A stretch of DNA of 64,000 nt. Source: Tubulanus polymorphus (taxonomy: Eukaryota > Animalia > Nemertea). The DNA lies in NCBI RefSeq assembly GCF_964204645.1, contig NC_134027.1:17632560-17696559 (forward strand). The letters run 5' to 3'. A model generated the notes under the pieces. It made no database searches, was not told where the DNA came from, and worked only from the letters and a program-made list of their open reading frames with translations. The first letter of the stretch is position 1. Every line of letters begins with the position of its first letter. The position numbers were made by a program, and so were the translations under genes. This document shows, in pieces, positions 13,112 through 27,665 of this stretch.

Positions 13112-13513
13112 TTATGACGGCCTTTTGCCATGTAAAGATAATTTAGTTTGGCGCCAAAGATTCATAATATTTTGAATTGTATTTATTTTCGGATTGCAGC
13201 TTACATCATCAGTATTCTCATTTCCGAAATGAATTCCATAAAATTTCATTGATTTCTTCCAATTTAAGTCCAAAGGCTTATCGTTTCTAACTTTCCAAGA
13301 TCCTAACCACGTGCACTCAGTTTTATTTTTATTAATTTTTGCATTCGATAATCGTTCAAACAATGCTAAAGTTGTAAAGACTGTGTTCAATGATTCTAAG
13401 TCGGTTAGACATAGTGTGGTGTTATCTGCATATTGTGTGACTTCAATTTCTGTATCGTCTGGTAATTTCACTTTAATGTTGTTGTTTTCGCGTATTTTGA
13501 TTGCTAATTGTTC
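13112..13513 (-). pseudogene. L1/Tx1-type RT fragment (3' part, split by the BEL insertion)
   Basis: QLAIKIRENNNIK...TQYADNTT...FERLSNAKINKNKTE continues from GVRQGCPMSAILYIAE at 25224-25286. Confidence 0.85.
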
Positions 13514-13657
13514 TGTCTCTACTTTCCAGACATAAAACACCAAGAAATCCTTTGAGTAATGAAATACTAATGTGTATTTACAGCATTAAAAATAAACAGC
13601 TTACAATCCGCTTGCGGGAACAACAAAGATAATCCAAAAACCCCACCAAACCACAAA

Positions 13658-13747
<90 letters not shown>

Positions 13748-13818
13748 CCGAGGAGCATGCCGGGAACCCGCGAAAAATTAAGCGGGAAACGACGTGATTG
13801 GAGGGAAAATTCCCGACA
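13514..13818 (-). repeat. 3' LTR of the BEL element, containing a (TA)n tract
   Basis: Near-identical to 24889-25223. Confidence 0.95.
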
Positions 13819-14034
13819 TTCTCCCGGCCCAAAACAATAGAAAACATTAGATAATAATGATAGTTTAGCATCGATAAAGTTTTAATAGCAATGAAGTCTA
13901 CGCTGAATAATTTCACTTTTAAACGAGCGTTGATCACAGAAAACTAGCCGTACCGGTATTGAGGTATAACGCAAATATCGCAACACAATAACACCATTCG
14001 TTCGATTGTGTAAACCTAAAGAGGTTTACAGAGA

Positions 14035-14279
14035 GGAGAGAATCCCACAATGATAATAAAAAGTCCGAAAATGAAACTTCGAGATAGTAGTTTATTTCAA
14101 CGTTTCGACTATATCCTAATAGTCATCTTCAGGAATAAGGATATAGTAAATATATATTAGGATATAGTCGAAACGTTGAAATAAACTACTATCTCGAAGT
14201 TTCATTTTGGGACTTTTTATTATCATTGTGGGATTCTCTCCTCATCGCGTCAACACGGATATAGTGTTCTACCAATCGT
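14035..14279. mobile_element. Penelope-like inverted pseudo-LTR insert
   Basis: ~87-bp inverted arms (14033-14120 / 14156-14243), flanked by the 14-bp duplication gaggtttacagaga (14021-14034, 14280-14293). Confidence 0.7.
14090..14138 (-). ncRNA. Minimal hammerhead ribozyme motif (Penelope/retrozyme type)
   Basis: Minus strand reads CUGAAGA-ugacua(uuagga)uaguc-GAAAC-GUU: conserved core, stem II, and palindromic ACGU stem III. Confidence 0.6.
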
Positions 14280-14513
14280 GAGGTTTACAGAGACTTATAA
14301 CACAAACACATTCGCTACACTTCACTCATCGCTGTCGTTATCAGCGACTATTTCTTTAATTTTCTTCTTTGCGGCTTTTGCGGCCGCACGTTCCGGGCGG
14401 CGAAATCCCGGTTCCATTGACTCCTGAGTTCCGGTAAGTTGTTCTCGCTCAAGTTCAGAAACTGACGAAACTTCCAAAGGAAACAGTTTCTTTATCGGAC
14501 GCGATGTTACCCC

Positions 14514-15740
14514 CTACGAGGTTCGAAAATGTGCAGAGCGAACGAGCCCATGGCCGGCAACATTAACATCAGTTACAACGCCGAACCGCCACGATAAATG
14601 TTTTGAGTTATCACCTAACTGAACTACATCGCCAACTTTTACAAACGAACGCGAAACACCGGAAGACGAATGCTTCTCACGAAGGGCCGTTGAATACTCG
14701 CGCTTAAAGCGCTCACAAAAATGGCGATACAAAAAAGCTCTAAACTTGGCACGACTCACTAAATCACTTTGACACAGGTAATTCGGATCGCAGATTTCAT
14801 CAATATCAACAACAGGATATGGAACATTTCTAATCCTACGCCCTTGAAATAACATAGACGGGGTTATAGGATCAGGATCTTCGATATCTGTAGGCACGTA
14901 TGTTAGCGGGCGGTCATTTAATATCGACTCAATCTCGACAATTACAGTACACAATTCTTCCCGATCTAATTTTGTACGGCGAAAAACTTTCTTCAATAAA
15001 TCTTTGCACATGCCTATTAAACGCTCATAGAAGCCCCCGAACCAGGGGCTCTCTTGGAAATGTCCACGCCGTACCGTAAGTTGCTAGGTGACTGGCAGCT
15101 TGAATTGATAGACTTTTGATTACATCACTGGAAGCTAAGAAAGTTTGGGCATTGTCGGAAAGCAACAAATTAGGACATGACCGCCTACTAGCGAAACGTC
15201 GAAATGCTTGCATGAATACATGTACAGTCATATCAGTAACGACTTCGAGATGTATACAACGTGTAATCGCGCAAGTAAACAAGCAGATATAAAGCTTTTC
15301 ATGATTATTACACGAAATAGCACCAGTAAAATCGACGCCACCGATAGCAAATGGTGGCGCATCTTTAACACGATACACTGGAAGTGGAGCAGGAACTGGG
15401 CAACTGTAATGATTACCCTGGAGTTTCTTACATTTGACACAACGACTTAGTAATGATTTTACTAATTGTCTAAGTCGTGGTACCCAAAATTTCTGCCTCA
15501 ATTCAACTATTGTTGCACTAACACCGAAATGCATAATGTTCTGATGTGTACGTAAAACAATCAATCTTGTAAGATAGTGTTTCGGTGACAAAATAATGGG
15601 GAATTTAACTGATTCGTTAACAGGTGCATTTTGTATTCTACCCCTTGATTTTAGAATGTTATCATCCAAGAACAAACTTAATTTGTCGATCATTTCATTT
15701 TTGCGACCATTCGTTAATAGCGCTATTTCAGTATTGAAAC
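14514..15740 (-). pseudogene. BEL integrase (frameshifted; ORFs 15025-15693 and 14514-15011)
   Basis: HHCC region (H.NIMHFGV...CVKC), GVDFTG, LSDNA, EIESILNDRPL. Confidence 0.92.
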
Positions 15741-15986
15741 TATTATTATTATTATTATTATTTATTTATTTTCTGAAAATTATAGCAATTTATAACAAAT
15801 AATATACAATTTATAAATTATCATGTTTTTCCACAAATTCAGTATAAATTGACATAATTTATCAGAGGGGAAGATATAAAAAAGCATAGCTTGTAGGATA
15901 TACCACCCCAAAAAAAGTGTTACATTAGAAAAAGAAAAAATATTCATTCATACTTCCATGCACTCTCTCACACATACAAAAATGTA

Positions 15987-18923
15987 CTATCTGAAAAGTA
16001 ACTTACTGCAAAATTCATAAAAAATGTAATGCGGGTCATCAAAAAATCTGTATGTATCTAATAGGAAGAAAGCAATTTGTCCTTTAAATGTGTTTTTAAG
16101 CTGTTGATGGATGGCAGGGTTTTTCAAATGAAGTGATAAACTATTCCAAATTTTGGGTCCATTTACTTTTATAGAAGATTTTTTTAAGTTCGATTTAAAC
16201 TGTTCATATCTAATATTTCTGTTGCTATCAAATCGAGTGCGTTGCATAGTCACAAATGGAGGGAAGAAATTTTTGAAAACATCAGGTAGTTTGTTATTCG
16301 TATAAAGATACATAAACTGTCCACTTTGCCAAAAATTGATATTTAATTTTAAGATTTTGTTCGCTTTGAATAAGGGGGAGGTATGGGCTAAGTAATCTAC
16401 TTTACAAATTATACGAATTGCTCTCTTTTGTAATTTAACCAGACAATCAAGGGAAGCTTGATATGTATTACCCCAAATGATGTTACAATATGATAAGTGA
16501 CAATATATAAATGAATGATATGTCTTTAATAACGTTTCTTTGGACAAAATATAACTGCGTTTGCTGATGATACCAATGAATCGGGCTAACTTCATAGATA
16601 TAAGATTAATATGCGATTTCCAAGTTTATCATCAATTTGTAGACCTAAAAATTTTGTTTCTTTAATCTGGGTTATGGGAATGTTATCAATATTTATAAGC
16701 AAAGTTTGTTTAAGTTTTGCTCTACTGAAAAACATAAAATTTAAAGAAAGTCTGTTCGCACGAAACCATATATTTAATTTATGTAATTCAGAATTAACAG
16801 AGTTGGTAAGAGTTTTGATGTTTTTATGACTTGTGAAAACATTAGTATCATCAGCAAACATAGTAAAATTCAACATATTTGAGGCTTTATCAATATCATT
16901 AATATGTATAATGAAAAGAATAGGGCCCAATATCGAGCCTTGAGGAACTCCGCAAGGAACGGATGTAAGATTAGATACAGTTCCATTAAAAGAGACCGTT
17001 TGAAACCTATTCTTTATGTAGTTTTCAAACCAAGTTAAAGCTACTCCTCTGATTCCATAATGAAAAAGTTTATACAATAAAATATCATGGTTTACAGTAT
17101 CAAAGGCCCGTGAAAGATCTAAATATACACCAATGGTTGACATCCCATTGTCTAAACTACTAATAATTTTGTCAATGGTTAGCATAATAGCCGTGTAGGT
17201 GGAATGATTTTTCCTAAAGCCAAACTGTTGAGGAGAGATAATTTTATATTTATCCAAGTAATTTAAAAGCCTATTATATACTAATTTTTCATGTATTTTT
17301 GAAATGCAAGGTAAAACAGAAATGGGTCTGTAGTTAGTTAATTCCTGGGGGTCTCCTGATTTGAATAAAGGGATTATCTTAGATTTTTTAAACAACTCCG
17401 GTACAATACCTGTAGACATACTTCTGTTGAAGATGTGACAAAGCGGGATAGAAATAACATCAATAACCTCCTTTAAAACTTTCTGGCTTATACCATCATG
17501 TCCAGCACTATTTTTATTATTAAGACTTAATACAATTTTTTCAATTTCAAAAGGAGATGATGGCATAAAAAATAGATTATTAAGATGCGAAGGTCCCAAA
17601 AAATCAGAAAATGACTCATTCGTGGATGGAATATTTTTGTCTAAATTCGGTCCGACATTAGCAAAATATGTATTAAAACCATTAGCAATAGAAAAATCAT
17701 TAGAATAGAATATGTCCTTGTGTTTGAAATTATTAGGACAATTTCTGTCATTTGACTTTTTGATAAGGTTGTTTATTATTTTCCATGTATCTTTTGGGCA
17801 CTGCGCATCCTTGAACAAATTTTGATAGTACATTTTTTTGGCTGTTCGAATACAAGTATTATAAATATTTCTATATCTAGTGTATACCTCTCTATCGTCT
17901 ATGGGTAGAAACGTATCTTTTATATAAACGGTCCTTTTGTTTTAATGAGTTTAGTAAACCTTTTGAAACCCAAGGATGTTTTTTATCTTTGTAAAGAAGA
18001 AACTTTCGAGATATAACGGGAAGGAATTCATCATAATATTTTATAAACGTATTAAAGAATAAAGAGTAAGCCAAATTTGGGTCATTTTCATTCAAAACAT
18101 TACTCCAATCTACTGTCATTAGTTTACGTTTAAAGGAAGCAATAGCAAAATTTGACATCATTCGATACTGTACAGTTTTAACAGAGTTACATGTATGCCT
18201 TATGCTAGGAATAACAAAAAATACAGGAAAATAGTCTGAAATATAATGCCTTAATACACCAGATAAGATGTCAAAATTTAGTGTAATATTGGAAAATATA
18301 TGATCAATACAGGTCGCAGAGGATTTTGAAATACGAGTTGCTTTATCAATTAAAGGTTGAAAATTATTTGACAACCATAAAGACAAATAATCATTGGTAG
18401 GGTTATGTGAGTCTACTTTCAATAGATCGATATTGAAATCACCCATGATAAAACACTTTTGAGATTTTCTTATTTTTTCTAAAATAGGTGCAAAATTAAA
18501 ATTAAAATGTATAATACTCTGATCAGGTGGGCGATAAATAAGTCCAACAATACTTTTTGAGCTTTCTTGGCTTTCAAACAGTGGGGTTACAAGGGAAAAT
18601 TCGTCAATCAACCTGTGCTTAACCGATTTGTGGATATAGAGGGCAACACCTCCTCCCCGTACATTAGTTCTACTATTAAAAATACCAGTATAATTATCTA
18701 AATTGTACATACAATCATTATCATGATCAGACGAGGTCCATGTTTCAGAAATACCAATAATAGAAAAATTATAATTTAGAGAGTTTAGATATATCTTTAG
18801 ATTTTCAAAGTTACTATTCAAACTTCTTATGTTACAATGTATTATAGAAAACCTAGCTTTTTCAAATGAGGACAAGTTATCATAATAGTTACAGTTTGAT
18901 TCAATTGTTGTAAAATTATCCAT
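15987..18923 (-). pseudogene. LINE ORF2 (APE + RT), broken into 17892-18923, 16592-17833 and 15987-16595
   Basis: HCNIRSL, ISETW, MGDFNIDL, CIDHIF; NYRPIS, QFGFR, DLSRAFD, GVPQGSILGP, FADDT. Confidence 0.93.
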
Positions 18924-19575
18924 GAATAATCAAATACATTGCTAACGTATAATATAATAAACCCCTATTTAATAATGAATTATGACTAACATGCACGCTA
19001 AGAACATCAAAATATAGATAATTAACCTGATAGTACATATTGGAACAAAACAATCCTACCCATAATTTGAAGACAAAAATATATATAAATAGATTTGAAA
19101 AATTCATACATAAAATGTAAGAAAGAAAGGAAAAAGAAAAATAAATAACGTAATGAATGCAGCTTTACTGAGGAAATTCAATAAATGCAGCTTTAATTGG
19201 GAAATTTGGCAAGGATAGAATCTGATCAGGAATAAATGTCCCTTTATCCAGAAAGTTCAGGGCATATGATATGATACTGACAAACTTAAATACTGTGTGT
19301 TACTTGTTCGCGTTGAAGCGAATAAATCCAATCAAGCAATCCAATACGAAAATTGTATGTTATACGAATATTAATTCATACGAGGCATGAATAAAAACGA
19401 AACCATACAAGTCTATTCATCCGATATTCAAAAGTATGAATATATATATATGTTATCAATTGGTCGATTCGACGCTGTAAAATCTAGATTGAATACGTAT
19501 TAAGTTATGAAATAGTTCGAATTGATATCACACACTATACAGTCAATAAATTAAATCCAGTGCACGGCGATATAT

Positions 19576-20651
19576 CTAACTGACTAACTGACTAAAAGAC
19601 TGATACAACTGTAAACGTTCTTTTTCCCCATTTTTCAGTCCATAGACTTTTCCCTTAATAGTCCATATACTGGTAAATAGCTTCGAATTTCTAGCGCGGT
19701 TAAATAGGCTGGCGATTTCAGGACACAGGTCCTCACGAATGACGATTCCTGTACCTTTCAGTTGCGAACGCTTACTTATTATGTCATCTCTCATGTTGCG
19801 ATTTACAAACCGAACTAAGATTCCATTTGGATATTCTTTCCCAGAAGTGTCATAGTGTGGATTTTTGGATTTCACGCGGTGAGCAACTTCTATATCCTGT
19901 GCTACTAATTCTTTTGCAAGAGATAATTTTTCATTTAGAAGTTCTGTGACTACTGTTGTACAGTTTTCGTCGGTGTTCTCCGATACTCCGAATAGTCTGA
20001 TGTAATTTCTGCGGGAATATTGGTTGTTTTCTACCGCAAGAGTACATGCTTTAGTGATTTCACTATGAAGTATCTTATTCTCATTTTTGAAGTCTCTCGA
20101 CAGATTAGCATTTTCCGACCTTAAGTCATTGATAATTCGGTCCTTTTCAATAAATTTCTGCTCAAGGTCATACAATCTTTCTTCTGTTCTAAAAACAAGA
20201 TTTTGAATCATTTCGGAATGTTTGTTTAGTTTTAACTCCATTTGATCTATGATTTCGGACTTTATGTTAGACAGACTATCCATTTTGGATGTAAGAAGTT
20301 CAATCGACTTGCACAAGAAAGATAGACTACTTTCTACAGATGAATCTGAGTCAACTGTCGAGCTACGCTCCTTCCGTTTTTTGTAGGAGGTCCTCGAGAG
20401 CCTTTGTTTTTGGGATTCAAATCATTGTTGCTTTCTCCCAAATTTTCTTCCATGAAGACCTCAGTATTAGGATCAATCGAATCCCCATTTATTGTTGATT
20501 CAAGACAATTTTCTGATTCACTTTTTGATTCACACAATTCACTATTTGTAGTTTGTATTTCGGTTGATTTTTGACTTTTTCTTTTGTTTACGTCGTTAGG
20601 TTTATTATCATTCTGCTTCAGTAGATCCTTCAAGTTCGTTTGGTTCGACAT
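19576..20651 (-). pseudogene. LINE ORF1 (coiled coil + RRM-like), frameshifted
   Basis: NQYSRRNYIRLFGVSE, DIEVAHRV, ILVRF, LKGTGIVIREDL motifs. Confidence 0.85.
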
Positions 20652-21022
20652 GTTACAGGCTTTGAGAATATCAAAGTGCCAGGAAACGCAGACAAATATT
20701 CACAAGTATTCACCACAGTTACTATTTACCACAGTTACTAGTCACGGTTCACTGATCAAACACAGACTTTTGAGATTGACACTTGAATTTGAAAAATTTT
20801 CACTATATACTGTTCACCATAACATATCACAATTTACTGCTAAATCCACACAATCCAGTTAAAAGTTTTATCCATATACCACTGAAACAATCCCTGAATC
20901 TCTATCTTTTTAATAGTATAGTTTATGACTTACATTACTGCAGATAAATATACTATTATTCCTGAATTGCAGGAGCTCTCAAAGACATGTCACCCAACCA
21001 CAGTCGGCCATTTTCCTCCTCC

Positions 21023-24000
21023 ATTCATATTGGCTAGATGACACCCAGAGCATTAAGGCCATGTTCAACTCCTCAACAGTTGGATATTCAGGGAACGTTA
21101 GTGTCGAGTCAGATAACTTATTAATGAATCTCATGAGATAAACAGTCGTAGAAGTAACTGTCCGAGAAAACTCAAAATTCTTGGTGATTGACACAATTTC
21201 GGGACCAGTCCACCACAACATATTATCAACTAATGTGTCGTAACTACAGCCACGGGATGATATGTCTGCCGGGTTACTGCCCGATGGACAAAAATGCCAT
21301 ATAATTTTATATGGTGTAGCTCTTATCTCTTTAACTCTGTTCGCTTCGAAGCGTCGAAGTGATTTATCCCCAGTTACCCAATGCAGAACGATCTGGCTGT
21401 CACTCCAAATATGACAAGGAATGTTGATGTCCAAACTTTTCATGATATGATTCGCTAACCAAACTGAAATAACCGCAGCCATCAACTCCAATCGGGGTAT
21501 AGTCAATTGTCGAAGGGGTGCAACCTTTGTTTTCGACATCAGTATACAAGTATTATCAGATCTATGTAAATATGCCACTGCGCCATATGCCTTTTCGCTC
21601 GCGTCAGAAAATACATGTAATGCGTATGTATTATCTGTCACTTGACTCAAGTCATTCTTAAAATATTGTCTGTCGAAGGTCATGATTGGTAAACGTTGTA
21701 AATCTCGTGAAATGTCAAACCATGCTGACGTAAATTCTGGTGATAAAGGGGCGTCCCAGTCATTAGTCTGTTTCCAGAGAGTCTGCAGAAATAGTTTTGT
21801 GCGTAGAACAACTGGCGATACATGACCAAGTGGATCGAAAAGTTTCGCTGCTGCACTTGCTACCATACGTATCGTGACCGACGAAGACCCCGGAGGGTGG
21901 ATAGCAATCGTCTTCAACGACAAGGTATCGTTCTCCGGTGACCAGTACAACCCAAGTACAGATAATTTATCAGATTCATCAGCCACATTCTCTTTTTTGC
22001 CAAACACATCAATCGATTAGAGTTGCTACACCACGATCGCAAATTGAATCCACCCTTTCCCATGATTTGTCACGAAGACTTATAAAAATCACATATCATT
22101 TCTTCATCTTCAAAACTGGTGATAACGTCATCGACATAAACGTTCCGTTTGATTTCAGATGATGCAGGACATGGATGTAGACTAACATGTTTTAATATCG
22201 TTGCATTCAGGATAAAGGGTGAGCTGGTCGCTCCAAAAAGTACAACACGGAACCTGAACGTAACCAATTGACTGTTCGGATCCGCCGGGTCATCCAACCA
22301 TAGAAAACGGGTGAAATCTTTTTCACTATCATGTAAGCGTATCATCAGGAATGCCTTCTCAATATCTGAAATTGTAGCAAAACGGTGAAGACGAAACCTC
22401 AGTAGTATAGACGTGATGTCATTCTGCAACGCTGGGCCCGATTCAAGACAGTCGTTAAGTGAGTTGTGATCAGTTGATATCTTACAGCTGCAATCATACA
22501 CAACACGTACTGGAGTTGTAGCAGAATCCTTGAAAACAAGATGGTGTGGTATGTAGTGGCAATTTGTATCCGACGAACGGGCGTCTGGTACTCTTTCAAT
22601 AAAACCTCTTGCTAATTGGTCATCGATAATGTTGGCATAAACATCAAGCATGTTGTGTTTCACCAAGCGTTGAATAGTAGATTTTGTCCTACCAAGACAG
22701 ACTCCGTAGTTTGTAGGTAGTGGACCATGTTCCAGCTTCCATGGTAAATGGACTACGTATTGTCCACTTTCTTCATCTACCTGTACCAAGTTATTGCAGT
22801 AATCCTCGGCAGTAATAATAGATTGTGGTGTTGTGGTATCATCGTCTGGGGGTTCAACGCCTAAAGACTCTAGATTCCAGAAACGCTCCAAATCAAATTT
22901 GTCGTCCTCAACGTCGGTGAGCATAGTCGTTAGCATTGAGTGAAGTGTCACGTCAGTAGGTACAGGACCGGTTATGATATAACCGACTCTGGTATTGACT
23001 GCTGTAAGTCCTCCTCTTTCAATCCTCAGGGTGTTATCTAGCATAAAACTGTAATAGACATCGGTACCAATTAATAAATCAACAGAAAAATAATGGTTAT
23101 CATCAATTGGATGAGCAAGTTTTAAATAGCGTAATTGTTCAAAATTATCGATAATAAATCTATCCCCAACCCAGATTGGACGGGTAATGTTAGATACTAC
23201 TAGGGCCTCAATTGGGCGCACCGAATTTTCATCGCATAATGCAAACAACATTGCAATATCTAGTGATCGTAAACGACGATCAGAATAGTTTTCATCACTA
23301 CTACCGAAACCCGAAATATTAACAACTTCGGAACGTATTGGTTTTAGATCCAAAAAATCAACAAAATTCTTTGATACGAAAGTACGATGTGATCCGTCAT
23401 CGAATAATGCATTCATTTCAGACGATATGCCGTTATCACCAGAAACATGAAGTACCGCAGTTTTGAGCAAAATACAATTCGATTGGCTCTGAATAACAGT
23501 CGTTGTAGACGCAATACGTTTCTGCGGTAGATCAGATACTCTTTTCAATGGTGTTAAAGGCAAATCGCTAGTAGCATGTGAATGACGGTTAGTGGGCGAA
23601 TTCCTAGTTGGCGAATCACATGATTGCGCGCGATCGCTGAGGTGTGAAGCACTCATAGGTTTACCCGAGTGTGTGTTCGAACCTTTCTGAGAACTAATGG
23701 ATAATTCTTTCAAACATAAACTTGTATGATGTTTTCCGTGACATATGTTACATCGAGTCTCAGATTTACAAAATATGACAAAATGATCAGAACGTAAACA
23801 GTTACGACATAAACGATTATCGCTCACAAACTTAAATCCGTCTTCGACTGTTGAATACTTCTGAAAGTTCACGGACGCGTGATTTTCGCAACAAAATACA
23901 CAATTACGACTCGTACGAGGATATTTACTGAATCTATTGAATTTACTACCAGAATTTACTCGTGACTGGGTTTGTGTCAAAAATGTAGAAAATTGGACAT

Positions 24001-24854
24001 CTTGTGATTCAGTAGAATTATTAGAATACAGTTCCAGTAAATCGAGCTCATTAGATAGAGACAGGAATAATTCGTCTAAAGTCCAGTCTTTGACCGAGCG
24101 ACCTCGAGAAATATTTTGAACTACAGGTAGTGGTAATTTCTTCAAAATTACCGGAACTAGCATATCCCCGTACGATTCGGATTTTTTACCCAATGTATCA
24201 AGTGACCGCACATACATATTCATATTATCATAGAACAATCTAAGACTAGCAGCGGTATGCGATGGTTTTTTAATTTCTAACATTGCTTCCATATACGCAT
24301 GAATCAATCGTCTGGATTGATCGATCTTGAAGGATTTTAACGGCATGAGAATACGTTCCGCCGCCGGACGCCGACAATCCTGCAATACTAGACAACGCTG
24401 GTCCTATCAAACATGATTTCAAATAGGTGAACTTATCGACCTCTGATAAGTCATGACGTTTGTGGAGGGCACAATCAAATGAATCCCAGAAATTATTCCA
24501 ATCGAAAACGTTACCATTAAATTTGGGTAATTGAAGTTTCGGTAATTGTACGTGTTTAAATTCTGATATACTGAGATTCGAAATTTCGTAAAGAGTACTT
24601 TCAGCATTCACTTCGTATCGGTCGTGTTCCTCGAATACTTTTTCGATGTCTACTGCAGACAACAACGGAATAATTTCATCGTGGTTCGTTGACAACACAC
24701 GTAATTTCGACCGTATTTTATCGGCTATATTCGACAGTTTTTGAATGTCTTCAGGGTTATTGATAGAAAGAATCGCTTTTGCATCATTCACGTACCTTGT
24801 CAAGACTTTGCGCTGAGCAGTCCTTATAGCTTTCAAACTTTCCAAATCCGACAT
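21023..24854 (-). pseudogene. BEL gag-protease-RT-RNase H (frameshifted ORFs 24270-24884, 22070-24385, 20979-22007)
   Basis: LPKLQLPKFNG gag motif, CCHC knuckles, ALFDDGSHRTFV protease, DIEKAF, YVDD, FSDASEKAYG, IPRLELMAA. Confidence 0.94.
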
Positions 24855-24888
24855 TTTTTCCTTTTCTTTTGCTCGAGGGACCAACTTA

Positions 24889-25223
<335 letters not shown>

Positions 25224-25286
25224 TGTTCCGCTATGTAGAGTATTGCGCTCATGGGACATCCCTGTCTTACGCCTCTTTCTAAAGTG

Positions 25287-27665
25287 ATTTGATTTGATTT
25301 GAAAACTTTATTTTTCAAATATAATTTACAGCATAGTGTTACAGCATAATACAAAATACAGTAAATTAGACCTGGAAGGGCCTGTAGAAACTAAGGAATA
25401 GTTTGTATAAACAGGAAATAGAAAAAAGAAATGCAATAAAGAAACTAATATGCTCACAGTCAACCCTTAACACACAAAATGCAATCAAAGTAAACTGTGA
25501 TAACAGCTTGATTAAGATATAATCATTTCATAAGCCAGTTGTTTTCTGTAATATTTCAAAAACAATAATTTTAGTTCGAATAACTATATAATATAATCAA
25601 GCACAAAGTTGCTTTCTATAATTTCTTAGGAACAGTTTAGAATATTCCAGGTTCTTAAGATTTTCACTGATGTTATTCCAAAGTAAAGGGCCGGATACTT
25701 TTACTGAAAATTTTCTTCTTTGACTATTGAAAGAAAGAGTTTGTAAATCTTGACGTCGCCGAGAATTATGACTGTGGATTTGAAAATTTTGGCTACAATA
25801 ATTTTCGAATAATTTCGGTAAGTCGGAGTGGACAAATCTGTAGATAAAAGTACCTAGCTGAAGTTTATTAATATCTTTGAGCTTGAGGATATTAAACGAT
25901 TTGAATATAGGGTCAGTGTGCGCCAAATAATAGGAATTAGAAATTAGCCTGATAACTCTTATTTGCAATACAATTAATGGCTGATGTTTATTTTCGAGAT
26001 TTCGTCCCCAGACTAAGTTACAATACTGAAGGTAAGGATCAATAAGCGATAAATAAAGGGTACGAAGAGAACTCACTGGCAGCTTGTATCTTACTCTATT
26101 TATACCAATGCTTCGAGAAACTTTTTTTTCGACCTTTTTTATTTGATCGTCCCAGGTTAGATTTCTGTCAATAAGAACTCCAAGAAAATTTGTGACATTG
26201 ACTTGTTCGATCTCTATGTTATTAATTGATATTCTCAAGTTATGTTTCAATAGTTTACCGAACACCATAAATGACGTCTTTACATTTAATGACAACTTGT
26301 TTGTTTGAAACCAGGTATACAATTTTGATAATTCAATGTTTACTGTACGTACTAATCTGTCTTAAATTAATGTCACTATAAAAAGCATTTGTGTCATCAG
26401 CAAACAATATAAGTTTTAACACATTAGAAAATTTAATACAGTCATTTACATATAATTTAAAAAGCAAAGGGACCTAAAATTGAGCCTTGGGGTACTCCAG
26501 TTCTAACGGTACATAACGAGGATTTATAATTTTGAATTTGAACGAATTGTTTTCTATTCTTCAAATAGTTTTCAAACCAGTTGTTCGAGATGCCTCTTAT
26601 TCCATAAAAACATAATTATCTTAATAAGATTTCGTGATCAACGGTGTCAATGGCTTTTGATAAATCTAAGAATACCCCTATAGTTGATTTGTTTTCTTCT
26701 AAATTTAGTGAAATTTCGTCAGTTATCAATGTTAAGGCCATGGCAGTTGAATGGTTCTTTCGAAAGCCAAAATGGTTTGGTTGAATGATATGAAACTTGT
26801 TACAATATTCTGTTAATCGATTATACACTATCTTTTCGAGAATTTTAGCAAAGCAAGGCAGTGCGGATATCGGTCTGTAATTATCAAAAAAGTCATTATT
26901 GCCAGCTTTATAAAGTGGACGTATTCGCGCTACCTTCAGTTCACCCGGTACTAAACCTGAATTTAAACTACAGTTAAATATATGAGTTAGCGGGTATTTT
27001 ACAGAATCAATTATTTTCTTAACTACTTTTACAGAGAAACCATCAGTACCAGCCTTTGCTGGGTGAGAAATTATTTACAATCTGACTAATTTCATCAGGG
27101 TGAGTCGGGAAAAAGAAAAAGTTTTCATTTACTGGATCTGACAGATATTCACTGAAGTTGACACCTGTATCTGGTATTTGATTGGCTAGGTTGCTACCAA
27201 TATTTACAAAGAAAGAATTAGATTCATTAGCGATATTTTCGTAGCCGTTTACAATGATACCGTTCCTTTTGAAAAGGCAAGGTAATCTACTCCGATCATT
27301 GGAAGATTTTCCGATTAGATTGTTTAAGATATTCCATGTTTTTTTCGTATCGGATTTGGCTGCAAGTAATTTAGTCTCATAATACTTTTTCTCGGCATAT
27401 TTGAGTGTACGAGACAAGGTACGTTTGTAATTCAAATAATTTTTCAAATGTGATCTATTACGCAAAGATTTTCTGTACAAGCGATTTTTGTGTTTAACAC
27501 ATTTCAATAATCCAGATGAAAACCACGGTTTATGTAATTTATTTTCGTTTACTTTACGGGGAGTTGAAAAAGGAAAACATTCATTATATAATTCCATGAA
27601 TTTAGTGTTTAATGCGCTGTATGAGAGTTGCGGCCTGCATTACTATAGATATCCGACCAATCAGT
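25287..27665 (-). mobile_element. Degenerate 5'-truncated CR1/L2-group LINE
   Basis: RT motifs NYRPIS, FGFRK, DLSKA.D, GVPQGSILG, FADDT with stops/frameshifts; (TCAAA)n-like tail at 25287-25301. Confidence 0.88.

Larger units (their letters stand above)
15741..21022 (-). mobile_element. Full-length CR1/L2-group LINE nested in BEL pol
   Basis: 5' end ggaggaggaaaatggccgac, ORF1, APE-RT ORF2, (TAA)n 3' tail; removing it restores the BEL frame SSQYE-C-FNTEIALL. Confidence 0.92.

Noticed and set aside
13567-13937. ORFs with YIYIYI runs (also 24942-25354)
   Set aside because: They are translations of the (TA)n tract in the LTRs, not proteins.
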